Shown: positions 48,879-59,216 of the stretch, piece by piece
How the letters are laid out: each line of letters starts with the position of its first letter
How positions within the stretch are numbered: position 1 is the stretch's first letter
Source: an uncultured Thermococci archaeon
GTDB taxonomy: Archaea > Methanobacteriota_B > Thermococci > Methanofastidiosales > B48-G16
Direction of reading: 5' to 3'
Assembly (NCBI GenBank): GCA_964595645.1
Contig: CAZQQT010000012.1
Span: 1-60,940 of the forward strand
DNA length: 60,940 nt
The notes under the pieces: generated by a model
The model's database searches: none
What the model was told of the DNA's origin: nothing
What the model saw: the letters and a program-made list of their open reading frames with translations, nothing else
Translations under genes and position numbers: made by a program

Positions 48879-50029
48879 ACGTAAAGGAAAAGGAAGAGAG
48901 ATACAAGATGAACCTCTATCCCAAAAGAGATATCGTGCTGATCCGAGGAGAGGGATGCCGACTGTATGATGAGAACGGGAGAGAGTATATTGACTGTACA
49001 GCCAATGTGGGAGTATCAAATATAGGGCACGGAAATACGCGTGTTGCCCACGCCATCTATCAACAGTACCTCAGGCTGTCCAATTGTTATGGAATTTTCT
49101 ACAATGATGTCCGTGCAAATCTGGCAAAAAAACTCATCGATATCACGCCGGAAGGATTAAATAAAGTCTTCCTCTGTAACTCGGGAACAGAAGCCGTGGA
49201 GGCTGCAATAAAATTTTCCCGGGCCTCAACAGGAAAATCTGAGATTATCTGTGCTATACGTGGTTTTCACGGAAAAACGATGGGATCGTTAAGTGCTACC
49301 TGGGCACCAAGGTATAAAAAAATGTTCATGCCGGTACTCCAAGGGTTCACCCATGTTCCTTTCAATCGGTTTGAGAAGATAGAGGCGCGTGTAAATCAAA
49401 ATACCGCAGCAGTACTACTTGAACCGATTCAAGGAGAAGGAGGTGTACGGATCGGAGACAAAGCGTTCTTTGAAAAGGTGAAGGAGTTGTGTGATGCAAA
49501 AGACATACTGCTTATCATGGATGAGATACAGACGGGATTTGGGAGAACAGGAACAATGTTTGCATGTGAACAGTATGTGACACCCGATATTCTCTGTATA
49601 GCAAAATCCATTGCTGGTGGTGTACCTATGGGGGCAGTGGTATGCAATGAGAAAGTAGATGTTCCAAAAAAGAGTCATACTTCCACCTTCGGAGGGAATC
49701 CTCTGGCATGTGCAGCAGCCCTTGCATCTCTCGAAGTGATTGAGACAAAAAAATTGGTAAAAAGATCTGCTGAAATGGGAGACTATTTTTTAGAAGCACT
49801 GAGAAAAATAGAAAGTTCAAAAATAAAAGAAGTGAGGGGGAGAGGACTGATGATTGGAATCAGGCTTAATGAGAAAGCAGGCCCCTACGTGAAAGAGTTA
49901 ATGGAGAAAGGAGGGGTGCTCGTGCTGTTAGCAGGGAAATACGTGATACGGCTTCTCCCTCCTTTGATAATCCGTAAGGAGGAGATCGACGAAGTGGTAG
50001 AGAAAATCACAGAGGTTTTGCAATGTTAG
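48875..50029 (+). CDS. lysJ: LysW-aminoadipate semialdehyde transaminase
   Basis: NSGTEA, EPIQGEGG, DEIQTGFGRTG, AKSIAGG, TFGGNP. Confidence 0.9.
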   Translation: MNVKEKEERYKMNLYPKRDIVLIRGEGCRLYDENGREYIDCTANVGVSNIGHGNTRVAHAIYQQYLRLSNCYGIFYNDVRANLAKKLIDITPEGLNKVFLCNSGTEAVEAAIKFSRASTGKSEIICAIRGFHGKTMGSLSATWAPRYKKMFMPVLQGFTHVPFNRFEKIEARVNQNTAAVLLEPIQGEGGVRIGDKAFFEKVKELCDAKDILLIMDEIQTGFGRTGTMFACEQYVTPDILCIAKSIAGGVPMGAVVCNEKVDVPKKSHTSTFGGNPLACAAALASLEVIETKKLVKRSAEMGDYFLEALRKIESSKIKEVRGRGLMIGIRLNEKAGPYVKELMEKGGVLVLLAGKYVIRLLPPLIIRKEEIDEVVEKITEVLQC

Positions 50030-51024
50030 TAAAGGATATGGTGAAAATCTATAGCCCCACAGGATCCGAAAAAAAATTGGTTGATTTTCTCATTTTCTGG
50101 GCAGAAAAAAATGGATTTAAAGCCTATAAAGATGAAGTAGGAAATTTTATCGCAGAGAAAGGGAAAGAAAGATCGATATTACTCGTAGGGCATGTTGATA
50201 CTGTCCCAGGGGAGATCCCCGTGAAAGTAGAGAATGGAAACCTCTATGGAAGAGGCAGCGTAGATGCCAAGGCTGCATTAGCCTGTTTTCTGGAGGCTGC
50301 AGCTGCTGTAAAGAAAGAGGGAACTGTAATCATCGGTGCCGTAGATGAAGAAGGAAACTCAAAGGGGACAAGAAATATTCTGGAGAAATTTAATCCTCAA
50401 AATATTATCGTAGGTGAGCCAAGTGGATGGAACAACCTCACTATCGGCTACAAGGGCAGGATCTGTTTGTATTATACAAATGAAAAAAGCAAAAAACATG
50501 CCTCAAATACTGAGCCAAACGCAAGTGAGGAAGCTATTACATTCTTTAATAAACTAAGCAATTTCCGTGATTCCTTTAACGAAAGAAAAAATCTTTTTGA
50601 ACAACTAGGGGTGAAACTCTTATCTATTAATTCAAAAAATAATGATTTTGTGGAGCGTGTAGAGATGAAAATTAGTTTTAGGATTCCTCCAGAAGTTAAT
50701 AGTAGAAAAATAAAGAATTTTGTGGAAAATATAAAGGGAAATGCCTCAGTAAGATACTCGACGTACGTACCCCCAGTAAAGGTGAGCAGAAGGAATAAGT
50801 TAATTCAAGTATGTATGAGGGCCATCCGGTCTGTTGGTGGTGACGTGACATTTAAATTGAAGACAGGTACATCGGACATGAATATACTTCAGGAGTGCAA
50901 CGTACCCATGGTAACCTATGGTCCCGGAGATTCCTCTCTGGATCACACAGCCCATGAACACCTCAATCTCGGGGAGTATAAAAAGGCGGTTGAAGTAGTA
51001 AAAAGAGTGTTAAAGAAACTTTAA
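50023..51024 (+). CDS. lysK: LysW-lysine hydrolase (M20)
   Basis: GHVDTV, GRGSVDAK, DEE, GEP, TGTSDMN, YGPGDSSLDH. Confidence 0.9.
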   Translation: MLVKDMVKIYSPTGSEKKLVDFLIFWAEKNGFKAYKDEVGNFIAEKGKERSILLVGHVDTVPGEIPVKVENGNLYGRGSVDAKAALACFLEAAAAVKKEGTVIIGAVDEEGNSKGTRNILEKFNPQNIIVGEPSGWNNLTIGYKGRICLYYTNEKSKKHASNTEPNASEEAITFFNKLSNFRDSFNERKNLFEQLGVKLLSINSKNNDFVERVEMKISFRIPPEVNSRKIKNFVENIKGNASVRYSTYVPPVKVSRRNKLIQVCMRAIRSVGGDVTFKLKTGTSDMNILQECNVPMVTYGPGDSSLDHTAHEHLNLGEYKKAVEVVKRVLKKL

Positions 51025-51030
51025 ACCATT

Positions 51031-52230
51031 TCAAGAACAGAACTTTCTGTACAGTGTCAGAACACCCTGGGCTATTCCATCGACCTCCATGGTCTCTTTT
51101 TTTGCAGAGTCGCCCACGAGATAGAGACCCTCCACTGGTGTTTTTTGATCCAGATCATGAGCGTTGATTGCCCTGTTTACCGGAAATCCATTTCTGAAGG
51201 TCTGGACCAAGAGCACTTCGTACTTTGTATCTCCAAAAATCTTTTCGATATCTTCAAGTCCTTTATCAATTTCCTTTTTTATATTGCTCGATCGCAACGT
51301 CTGATGAGTCATGATGAGATGCTGTCCCTTCGGTGCCAGGGAAGGATCCACGTTAGTAACCTGATTTAGTCCTTCCACTCTCTCCGTATCGCAAGTAAGA
51401 AGCACGCCGTTGTGGTGGAGTATTGGTTCTTCCGCAGCAATATTTATTTTTATTCCCTCTGCCTCTCGTATTTTCTTAACTCGTCGTACGTATTCCTGTG
51501 GAAAATGAGTTTTGCCCGCTAACTTCACTGTATCCTTCGCTCCCACATCACTTATTACAGTACCGTCCTCATAAAAGACACCCTCTCCATCTACTACACC
51601 CTGTACTTTTCCGTCCTCCACAACGATCTCTGTGATCTCCCTTTTGACTATCTCGTTTCTTCGTGTGAGCTCATCGGTAATTGCACTGCAGCCTCCCATG
51701 ATCGTTCCTGGACCGCCATAACTATACAAACTCTTCACAATGCTGAAGAAATCACGTGTAGGGATCTCGTGAGGATCGATACTCATGCCGAATCCGCAGA
51801 AGGCTCGTGCCACATTGTTCACCAACTCATTTCCGCACGCATCCTCCAAGTACTCGTCTATGGGCGTGTCATCTCCTCCCCTAAACCGCATATCGAGAAG
51901 GATCTTTGAAACCTTTAACCGTTGCATGAAACTCAAAAACGTGTGAAGATCCTTGAACGTGTGTTTTTCTCCATTAACCAAAAAGGTCCCCCACCTATCT
52001 CCATCAACAATTGTGTGAGGTACCCCTGCTTTCGTCAGTACTCCGGCTGTGGGACCAGTAGCACCATGGGGAAGTGCGTGAAACGCACCGGTACTCAGCT
52101 GGAAGCCCTTATACGGAAGATTTCTGAATCGTCCTCCAACAATCCCTTTCTCAAAAATGATGACATCATTGTTCTTCTGAAAGAGAGCTCCAGCGAGGAG
52201 CCCGCCTATTCCAGCACCGATGATTATCAT
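51031..52230 (-). CDS. FAD-dependent oxidoreductase (phytoene desaturase-like)
   Basis: IIGAGIGG, GGRF, STGAFH, LYLVGD. Confidence 0.85.
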   Translation of the reverse strand: MIIIGAGIGGLLAGALFQKNNDVIIFEKGIVGGRFRNLPYKGFQLSTGAFHALPHGATGPTAGVLTKAGVPHTIVDGDRWGTFLVNGEKHTFKDLHTFLSFMQRLKVSKILLDMRFRGGDDTPIDEYLEDACGNELVNNVARAFCGFGMSIDPHEIPTRDFFSIVKSLYSYGGPGTIMGGCSAITDELTRRNEIVKREITEIVVEDGKVQGVVDGEGVFYEDGTVISDVGAKDTVKLAGKTHFPQEYVRRVKKIREAEGIKINIAAEEPILHHNGVLLTCDTERVEGLNQVTNVDPSLAPKGQHLIMTHQTLRSSNIKKEIDKGLEDIEKIFGDTKYEVLLVQTFRNGFPVNRAINAHDLDQKTPVEGLYLVGDSAKKETMEVDGIAQGVLTLYRKFCS

Positions 52231-52308
52231 ACCATAGGGTAGGGTGAAGATTTTAAAAATCTTGCGAGGCACAAACGTTTTTAAACGAGATCATACAGGT
52301 AAAAGATA

Positions 52309-53547
52309 ATGTACACACGATACGAATGCCCGAACTGCGGGTTCTACGAGGTTGCACAGCATGATCTGGGAAGAGAGGAGTGCCCCTCCTGCGGACACAG
52401 ATACCACATATTTGAAGAAGAAGTCGACGAAGAGAGGTACTCATGGTTACTCAATGACGTAAGGGAGCACTTTTCCTTTGAAAATTTTGTAATACGAGAT
52501 GAATCTTTTCTTTTCATTGGGACAATGATATCTGACTTTCAAACGATAAAAGAGACGTTCGAAGAGATGGAATACTATCCTTTTATACGGGAGAAAGAAG
52601 GGAAAGTGTACCTTCACCTTTTCAGAGGAAAAAAGGAAGGAAGTTCACGATCGATAATTCCAATCGCACTTTTAATAGGAACAGTTCTCAGTGTCTTTTA
52701 CGCCGGATTTTCATGGGCGAATCCTTTGAAAGAGATGGGATTCATTGAGAACACATGGGTTACAAGTTTCATATTTATGATAGGTCTTATTCTCATTCTG
52801 GGAAGTCATGAACTGGCACACAAGTTCACTGCTGTAGAGAGAGATGTAGAAGCCGCTGGTCCATACTTCATTCCATTGCCACTTTCACCGATCGGAACGT
52901 TGGGTGCGCTGATACGAATAAAATCACCGATCCCTTCTAAAAAGGCGGCGATACGATTAGGAATTAGCGGTCCATTGATCGGGTTTACATTCTCCATCAT
53001 TGTTCTCTCGGTTGGACTGATGATCTCGCCGGTAGTTCCGGCCGCCGAGTACACGGAGGCAGTGACTGCCTTTAATAGTGCCCACCCCGATGCGTTCACG
53101 GCGGGATTTGGTACCACACTCATTTTTGAGATCCTTTCCACAGCGATAGTGGATGTTCCAAATGGATATAACCTGGTCATGCACCCGCTGACAGTGGCAG
53201 GATTTATTGGTGTGTTTGTCACCGCACTCAACCTCATGCCCATGGGGCAGCTAGATGGTGGGCATATCGCCCGATCCATTCTGGGAAAACGGCACCACGA
53301 AATACTATCGAAGGTGATCGCCTTCTCCCTTGTCGGCATCGGCTTAGTCGGTGCGCTACTCGACTACACAATATGGCCCGGTTGGATAATATGGGGATGT
53401 ATCGGTTACCTTATTGCATCCCGCGGACATCCGGGCGCCATGGACGAGGTCACGGCACTCACCACAGAAGATAAACTGCTGGCAGTACTCGGGATTATTA
53501 TATTTATACTGTGTTTCACTCCAACACCGATTTACGTGGTACTATGA
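52309..53547 (+). CDS. Site-2 protease (M50) with N-terminal zinc ribbon
   Basis: CPNC..CPSC; HELAH; PYFIP; NLMPMGQLDGGH. Confidence 0.9.
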   Translation: MYTRYECPNCGFYEVAQHDLGREECPSCGHRYHIFEEEVDEERYSWLLNDVREHFSFENFVIRDESFLFIGTMISDFQTIKETFEEMEYYPFIREKEGKVYLHLFRGKKEGSSRSIIPIALLIGTVLSVFYAGFSWANPLKEMGFIENTWVTSFIFMIGLILILGSHELAHKFTAVERDVEAAGPYFIPLPLSPIGTLGALIRIKSPIPSKKAAIRLGISGPLIGFTFSIIVLSVGLMISPVVPAAEYTEAVTAFNSAHPDAFTAGFGTTLIFEILSTAIVDVPNGYNLVMHPLTVAGFIGVFVTALNLMPMGQLDGGHIARSILGKRHHEILSKVIAFSLVGIGLVGALLDYTIWPGWIIWGCIGYLIASRGHPGAMDEVTALTTEDKLLAVLGIIIFILCFTPTPIYVVL

Positions 53548-54347
53548 AAACTCATTACTACTGCAGCCAGTGCACTGTGAAGCAGGCAGTGAGAACAGCT
53601 GAAAAGGCAACAGAAGATGAAAAACTGCGTAAAAAGGCTGTACTGCAATGCATGAAGTTTTTAACAAATTTCGATCTTGGGAAGACTCCTTCTTACTTTG
53701 GTTCAGAGCTTCAGAAGATCGTTTCTCGTGTTACAGACAATCCTGACCCGTACAAACTACAGAAAGAACGATCCACCGAGTTTGCTGAGGAGATGCTGGA
53801 AGAACTGGAAATCTCCGATATCGAGACGGCGTTGAAAGCGGCGTTGACTGCGAACTCCATCGATTACGGTGGTGACAACGTCATCGAGTATGAAAAAGAG
53901 TTCGAGGAAATGATGGCGTCACCGATAGTGCATGATGAGAGTGAAGCGCTCTTCAAGGAAATGGAGCATGCTAAAAAAATTGTGTATTTTTTTGATAATG
54001 CTGGAGAAGCTGTGTTTGATAAAAAGCTTATCGAGTTTTTTAATGCTGAAATAGTTGCTGTTGGAAAGAAAATACCAATGTACAACGATGTCACCGTGTC
54101 AGAACTGAGAGCGATGGGATTCGAGAACGTGATAGATTGTGGAGAGAATACTGGTGTGTTACAGATTCAGAGAAAACTTCGACAGGAGATGAAAGAGGCA
54201 GATCTCATCATTGCTAAGGGACAGGCGAACTTCGAAAGTTTACCGGAACTCTGGGAGGGTGTGTTCTATCTTTTCAAGGTAAAATGCAGACCCGTGTCCG
54301 AGTATCTAGATAGATCTATAGGTAATGATATTGTTATAAAAATATAA
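53544..54347 (+). CDS. ARMT1/DUF89 damage-control phosphatase
   Basis: CSQC, DPY, NSID, DNAGE, KGQANFESL, KVKC. Confidence 0.88.
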   Translation: MKTHYYCSQCTVKQAVRTAEKATEDEKLRKKAVLQCMKFLTNFDLGKTPSYFGSELQKIVSRVTDNPDPYKLQKERSTEFAEEMLEELEISDIETALKAALTANSIDYGGDNVIEYEKEFEEMMASPIVHDESEALFKEMEHAKKIVYFFDNAGEAVFDKKLIEFFNAEIVAVGKKIPMYNDVTVSELRAMGFENVIDCGENTGVLQIQRKLRQEMKEADLIIAKGQANFESLPELWEGVFYLFKVKCRPVSEYLDRSIGNDIVIKI

Positions 54348-54358
54348 AAAAAAGGAAA

Positions 54359-55942
54359 TTATTTTTTCATTGCAACAATAACCACCAGTACAAGCAGAAG
54401 CAGTACAAGGGCTCCGCCTATCAACACCAACGGATTTTCGAACATCGAAGAGATGGGAGATCCTCCTATAGAGGCTGTGGTCGGGGGCTGTGTAGTTCCT
54501 GGCACTGCAGTGGTAGGTGGTTGTGTCGTTCCTGTCGCTGTAATCGTGAAGGTCGCGCTGTACTCACCGGCGTTAAGTGTTCTGAGTACTATTTTGTATG
54601 TCCCTCCAGGTACAAGGGCATCATTGCTATCTTTTTGATTCCAACGCCAGGTCGTATGATCGTCAACGTCTGTAATCACCTGTGCAGCAGGAGGACTGAA
54701 TACTTCGTAAAGACTGCCATTTTTTACTCTGTACACAACCCATGGTGCTGCGTTGGGCAGTGTTATTGGTGTCTCGCTTGTACTTCGAAGATGTATCTCC
54801 ACAGCTTCACCTGATGTGTACTGAGATTTGTTCAATGCAAAGGTACCTGTCGGTGCTGGAGTGGTAGTAGGGGCGGCGGTCGTCGTGGGTGCTGCCGTCG
54901 TTGTTGGTGCTGCTGTGGTCGTAGGCGCCGCGGTCGTTGGTGCTGCTGTGGTCGTGGGAGTAGGTGTGCTTGATTCTGAGAGAGTCTCGGTAAGCTCATT
55001 GTTTGTTTCATCCGACTCTGTAACATCCCCATCGGCGTCTACTACCACTTTTACCGTATCGGTTCCTGTCACCTTAGCAGATGACCCGACGAGATTCAGT
55101 GCCGGAGAGATACTTCCTGCTGGAAGAGTCAATGTCAGATTCCCACTCACGATGGGTACACCATTTTTGTAGACTTTCACTTTCATAGTCGTTGATGAGA
55201 GATCTGCTCCACCTTTATTAGCTATCTTGAACGCGATGTTTCCATCATCATTGGTATAAATATCATATACTGCAAGATCCGGAAGTGTGATAGGCCCAAA
55301 CGTAGGCACCATTGTGGGGATGTACGTTGGTATATAAGTAAATGTAGGATACGGTGTTACACCGCCCGTTGACCACGCTACGACAAGTTTGATATTACTG
55401 AATATCATGTCATCGACATTCCCATCGTTATCCGTCTTTTTAGAGAACCGTAACCTGAACTGTGCTTTCCCATCCCCGTCCACAACGTTTTCTACATACG
55501 TCTTGAGGAGGGGCATTGAAAAATTAGAGCTGGGTGCTGAAGTATAATAGCCAAGAGCCAACGAAGAGGTGGAATAATCTCCACTCTCAAGTGAGTTGCC
55601 ATAATTGACTGCTTCCACATACATTCTTCCGAGATCACCAAAAGGATCACCTTTTTTGGTATAGTTGGTGAGATCCAGCTCCACTGAGTCAATACTTGCA
55701 CTTGATGGAACTTCACTGATATCAAAGGTAAGAAATGTCCTCATTCCCTCATTTGCAGCGCCACCTGTTGCATCTCCTACGTAGTATGTCCCTGTGAATT
55801 TGCTACCATCCGTTCGCAATGTGCCACTCAACGACGTATCAGGATTAAACTTCTTGATTGCAGCTGCAGATTTCACGTAAACAGTTGCACTCATTACCAG
55901 TATCGCCACAAATAATATGGCATAAATAGCTTTTCTGTTCAT
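54359..55942 (-). CDS. Surface protein: signal peptide, beta-sandwich domain, CARDB, Thr-rich linker, Ig-like domain, C-terminal TM anchor
   Basis: RTFLTFDIS; LPDL...VDADGDVTESDETNN (CARDB); tail ENPLVLIGG...MKK. Confidence 0.75.
   Translation of the reverse strand: MNRKAIYAILFVAILVMSATVYVKSAAAIKKFNPDTSLSGTLRTDGSKFTGTYYVGDATGGAANEGMRTFLTFDISEVPSSASIDSVELDLTNYTKKGDPFGDLGRMYVEAVNYGNSLESGDYSTSSLALGYYTSAPSSNFSMPLLKTYVENVVDGDGKAQFRLRFSKKTDNDGNVDDMIFSNIKLVVAWSTGGVTPYPTFTYIPTYIPTMVPTFGPITLPDLAVYDIYTNDDGNIAFKIANKGGADLSSTTMKVKVYKNGVPIVSGNLTLTLPAGSISPALNLVGSSAKVTGTDTVKVVVDADGDVTESDETNNELTETLSESSTPTPTTTAAPTTAAPTTTAAPTTTAAPTTTAAPTTTPAPTGTFALNKSQYTSGEAVEIHLRSTSETPITLPNAAPWVVYRVKNGSLYEVFSPPAAQVITDVDDHTTWRWNQKDSNDALVPGGTYKIVLRTLNAGEYSATFTITATGTTQPPTTAVPGTTQPPTTASIGGSPISSMFENPLVLIGGALVLLLLVLVVIVAMKK
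54848..54968 (-). repeat. PTTTAA-type coding tandem repeat
   Basis: TPTPTTTAAPTTAAPTTTAAPTTTAAPTTTAAPTTTPAP with degenerate codons. Confidence 0.8.
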
Positions 55943-56204
55943 ATGCTTCCTCTTTCGTATATGTATATATAGTTTTCCCAGTTCTGGGTACCATTAAGTT
56001 AGATGAGATAACTTTTATTACTAAAACAATGGATAATTATGGACAGTGTCATTCTTTTCAAACTCCATATACATCATTTTAAGTTCATATGTTGCCTGTC
56101 AGTATCCAACTTTCTCCAATTCCGTAATTCTTAATAATCCCAATAACAAGGAGAATAAGAATAGTACACAGCCGAAATTTTTAAATAGAAAATCCACAGA
56201 ATAT

Positions 56205-58928
56205 TTACGTTTTCAGCTGCTTATATAGTTCCCCTAACCATAGTACGAGAGATGAAAAAAGAACTATAATTAACAGTTCTAATAAATCCAAAGAAGCAAA
56301 TTGAAACACATCTTGGAAAAATGGAACATAAAGCACCATGAGTAACAGGCCCACAGAGACTATAAGAGATGCACATACAAACTTATTGCTAAAAAAACCT
56401 ATGTTGAAAATAGATTTTTTGAGTGAACGCATATTTAAAACATTGAAAAGCTGTGTGAATGCCATGACGGTAAAAGCTCCTGTTCTTGCCTTTCCTATTT
56501 CACTTGATAGATAAGAATTAAAAATAGTTATTGTAAGAATAGCCATAATACCTGCCATGATAAGAACGAAAGGGATAATTTCTTTTGATAAAATATTTTC
56601 TTTTGCCTTTCGTGGCGGCTCTAACAAAACGTCTTCATGACTCGGCTCAACAGCCAAGGCAGCATCAGAAACACCATCAGTAACTAAATTAAGGTACAAT
56701 ACCTGGGTAGGTAACAAAGGTAAAGGAAATCCAAGAAGCAACGCAGTTATAACACTTATGCCTTCTGCAAAATTAGTTGTAACAAGAAATGAGCTTGCTT
56801 GTCTCGTATTTGTAAAAACAGTTCTTCCTTCTTCTATCGCATTCACAATAGAAGCAAAATTATCATCGGCAAGTATAATTGCACTGCTTTCACGAGCAAC
56901 ATCAGTACCGCGTAAGCCCATTGCAATCCCTATATCTGCCTTTTTCAGGGCTGGAGCATCATTAACACCATCCCCCGTCATAGCCACAGTGTGACCTTGC
57001 TTCTGCAACGTCTCAACAAGTTTTAATTTCATGTTCGGTGTTAACCTAGCAAAAACAGGAACATTTTTTACAACATCGCCAAGCTCTTTTTCTGACAGCT
57101 TGAGCAATTCCTGCTCTGTGAGGGCTTCTGGATATCTACCTTTTTCTTTAATATCTGCTGCTTTTTCATCAATGAGCCCTATCTGTTTGGCAATTGCAAC
57201 AGCTGTATCTTTATGGTCTCCTGTTTTCATAATAACTCTAATGCCTGCCTCTTTAGCTTTGGCAATCGCTTCCTTTACTTTAGGTCTTGGAGGATCCATC
57301 ATGCCGACAACACCAACAAGAACAAGTTCGCTAACCAAATCCTCTGTGAGGTTGTTCACATTATGTGGTACTTTTCTATAAGCAAGAGCGAGCACTCTCA
57401 TTGCCTCTTTCGCTAATCCCTGTGTTTTAGTTAAAATCCTCTGTCTCTCTTTTGATGTCATCTTTCTTTCTCCTCCTTTTTGGAGTATGAAGGAAGAATT
57501 ACTGAGAACAGCTTCTGGAGCTCCTACAATATAAACCTCTTTCTTTTTAGCTTCTTCCACAAGTACTGAAAGCGATGCCCTATATTTTAATTCAGGATTA
57601 AAAGGTAGATCGTCTAATCTCTTTTCTTTTTCTAGCAATCCTTCTTTCTTTAATCCTGCTTTCTCTGCAAGAACAACCAAAGCAGCTTCTGTAGGATCGC
57701 CAATGATTCTATAATTATCTTCTTCTTTTGCTACCTTAGCATTATTACAAACAGCAGCAATATGTAGAAGCTTTTGTAAATGGGTATGTTCTAACGGGGA
57801 AATGGTTTCATCTTTTTGAGAAAAGCTTCCTGAAGGTTCCCACCCCTCTCCTGAAACAATGATCTCCTCCTCACCGGGCAAAATTACTTTTTTGACATTC
57901 ATTGTATTTTGTGTGAGGGTTCCCGTTTTGTCTGTCGCAATGACTGTTGCTACTCCAAGTGTTTCTATTGCCGGCAATGTTCTAATAATCGCATTTCTTT
58001 TTGCCATTCTACGCGCACCAATGGCTAACACAATTACAAGAACGGCTGGCAATCCCTCGGGGATCCCAGAGACTAAAGTAGTTATAGTGAAAAGAAAAAT
58101 TTCAGAGAATTTGAATCCTCTAATAAAAAATCCTACCGCAAAAGTTATAGACGCACCAATAACAGTGATAATGCCCATTTGCTTTGCAAGTGTATTCGTC
58201 TTTTTTTCAAAATGTCCCTTACCTTTTTTTATTTTTTCTATACTTTTAAATATCTTACCTATAGCCGTTTCGGTGCCTGTTGCAGTAACAACAGCCTTGG
58301 CGTGTCCGCCTACGACAAATGTTCCCATCCACACCATATTTTTACAGTCGGCTAATCCTGTTTCGGCAGGTAACACCTTAATGTCTTTATCAACGGGGAG
58401 CGACTCACCTGTCAGGCTCGCTTCAACAGTTCTAAAATTTTTTATTTCGAGAAGCCTTGCATCAGCGGGGACCCTGTCTCCTTCTTCTAATAGGATAATA
58501 TCTCCGGGTACTAATTTTTTTGATGGTATTTGTAGTAGTTCACCCTCTCGAAAAACTTTTGCATGAGGTACAACCATCTTTTTTAAAGCCTGGATTGACA
58601 TTTCTGCTTTGTGCTCCTGCACAAACCCTATTATGGCGTTAATTAGGATAACAGTAGTAATTACACAAACGTCAATTAAATGACCAATGAAAAATGAAAT
58701 GATCGCGGCAATAATAAGTATATGGATCAAAACTGAACGGAATTGTTTGAGAAAAAGTAGGAGAGGATGTTTAGCCTTTTTTTCGGGTATTTTATTGGCA
58801 CCAAATTGTTCTAAACGATTTTTTGCCTCTTCTTCCGAAAGTCCATTTGCCTCAGAAGATAACTCTTTTAACACTTCTTCAACTTTCTGTGAATGAAATG
58901 ATTTATTAATAATTTTATTATCTTTCAT
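56205..58928 (-). CDS. P-type cation (Ca2+, type II) ATPase
   Basis: TGES, IPEGL, DKTGTLT, GDPTE, MTGDGVNDAPAL, NLVTDG. Confidence 0.95.
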   Translation of the reverse strand: MKDNKIINKSFHSQKVEEVLKELSSEANGLSEEEAKNRLEQFGANKIPEKKAKHPLLLFLKQFRSVLIHILIIAAIISFFIGHLIDVCVITTVILINAIIGFVQEHKAEMSIQALKKMVVPHAKVFREGELLQIPSKKLVPGDIILLEEGDRVPADARLLEIKNFRTVEASLTGESLPVDKDIKVLPAETGLADCKNMVWMGTFVVGGHAKAVVTATGTETAIGKIFKSIEKIKKGKGHFEKKTNTLAKQMGIITVIGASITFAVGFFIRGFKFSEIFLFTITTLVSGIPEGLPAVLVIVLAIGARRMAKRNAIIRTLPAIETLGVATVIATDKTGTLTQNTMNVKKVILPGEEEIIVSGEGWEPSGSFSQKDETISPLEHTHLQKLLHIAAVCNNAKVAKEEDNYRIIGDPTEAALVVLAEKAGLKKEGLLEKEKRLDDLPFNPELKYRASLSVLVEEAKKKEVYIVGAPEAVLSNSSFILQKGGERKMTSKERQRILTKTQGLAKEAMRVLALAYRKVPHNVNNLTEDLVSELVLVGVVGMMDPPRPKVKEAIAKAKEAGIRVIMKTGDHKDTAVAIAKQIGLIDEKAADIKEKGRYPEALTEQELLKLSEKELGDVVKNVPVFARLTPNMKLKLVETLQKQGHTVAMTGDGVNDAPALKKADIGIAMGLRGTDVARESSAIILADDNFASIVNAIEEGRTVFTNTRQASSFLVTTNFAEGISVITALLLGFPLPLLPTQVLYLNLVTDGVSDAALAVEPSHEDVLLEPPRKAKENILSKEIIPFVLIMAGIMAILTITIFNSYLSSEIGKARTGAFTVMAFTQLFNVLNMRSLKKSIFNIGFFSNKFVCASLIVSVGLLLMVLYVPFFQDVFQFASLDLLELLIIVLFSSLVLWLGELYKQLKT

Positions 58929-59216
58929 GGCAAAAAAAGGATGTTAGTTACTCTTTATTAATCTATTCATTTTCATATAGTATACTCCTACAACGCAACG
59001 GAGTCCCCCATATATACTCACGTTCTCGGGACCTGTTGAAGTTCGCTTTCCTGTAAAGCTCTCGAAAGGATAACCAAGATCTAAAACAAGCTGTTGCTTA
59101 CATGTAATGTATCTTAACAACTCCTCAATTACTGACGTACATTTAGTTAAATGACGAAGACAGTAACAACAATAGAAAGATTTTTATAGTTGTCAAAAAT
59201 AACAGTATAGGTTAAT

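Noticed and set aside
42110-51030. tRNA-anchored genomic island
   Set aside because: No integrase and no duplicated tRNA 3' end found; the gcggccgc near 48594 is a coding palindrome within lysZ
56046-56228. 60-aa plus-strand ORF downstream of the ATPase
   Set aside because: Low-complexity AT-rich sequence, no RBS or motif, overlaps the ATPase end
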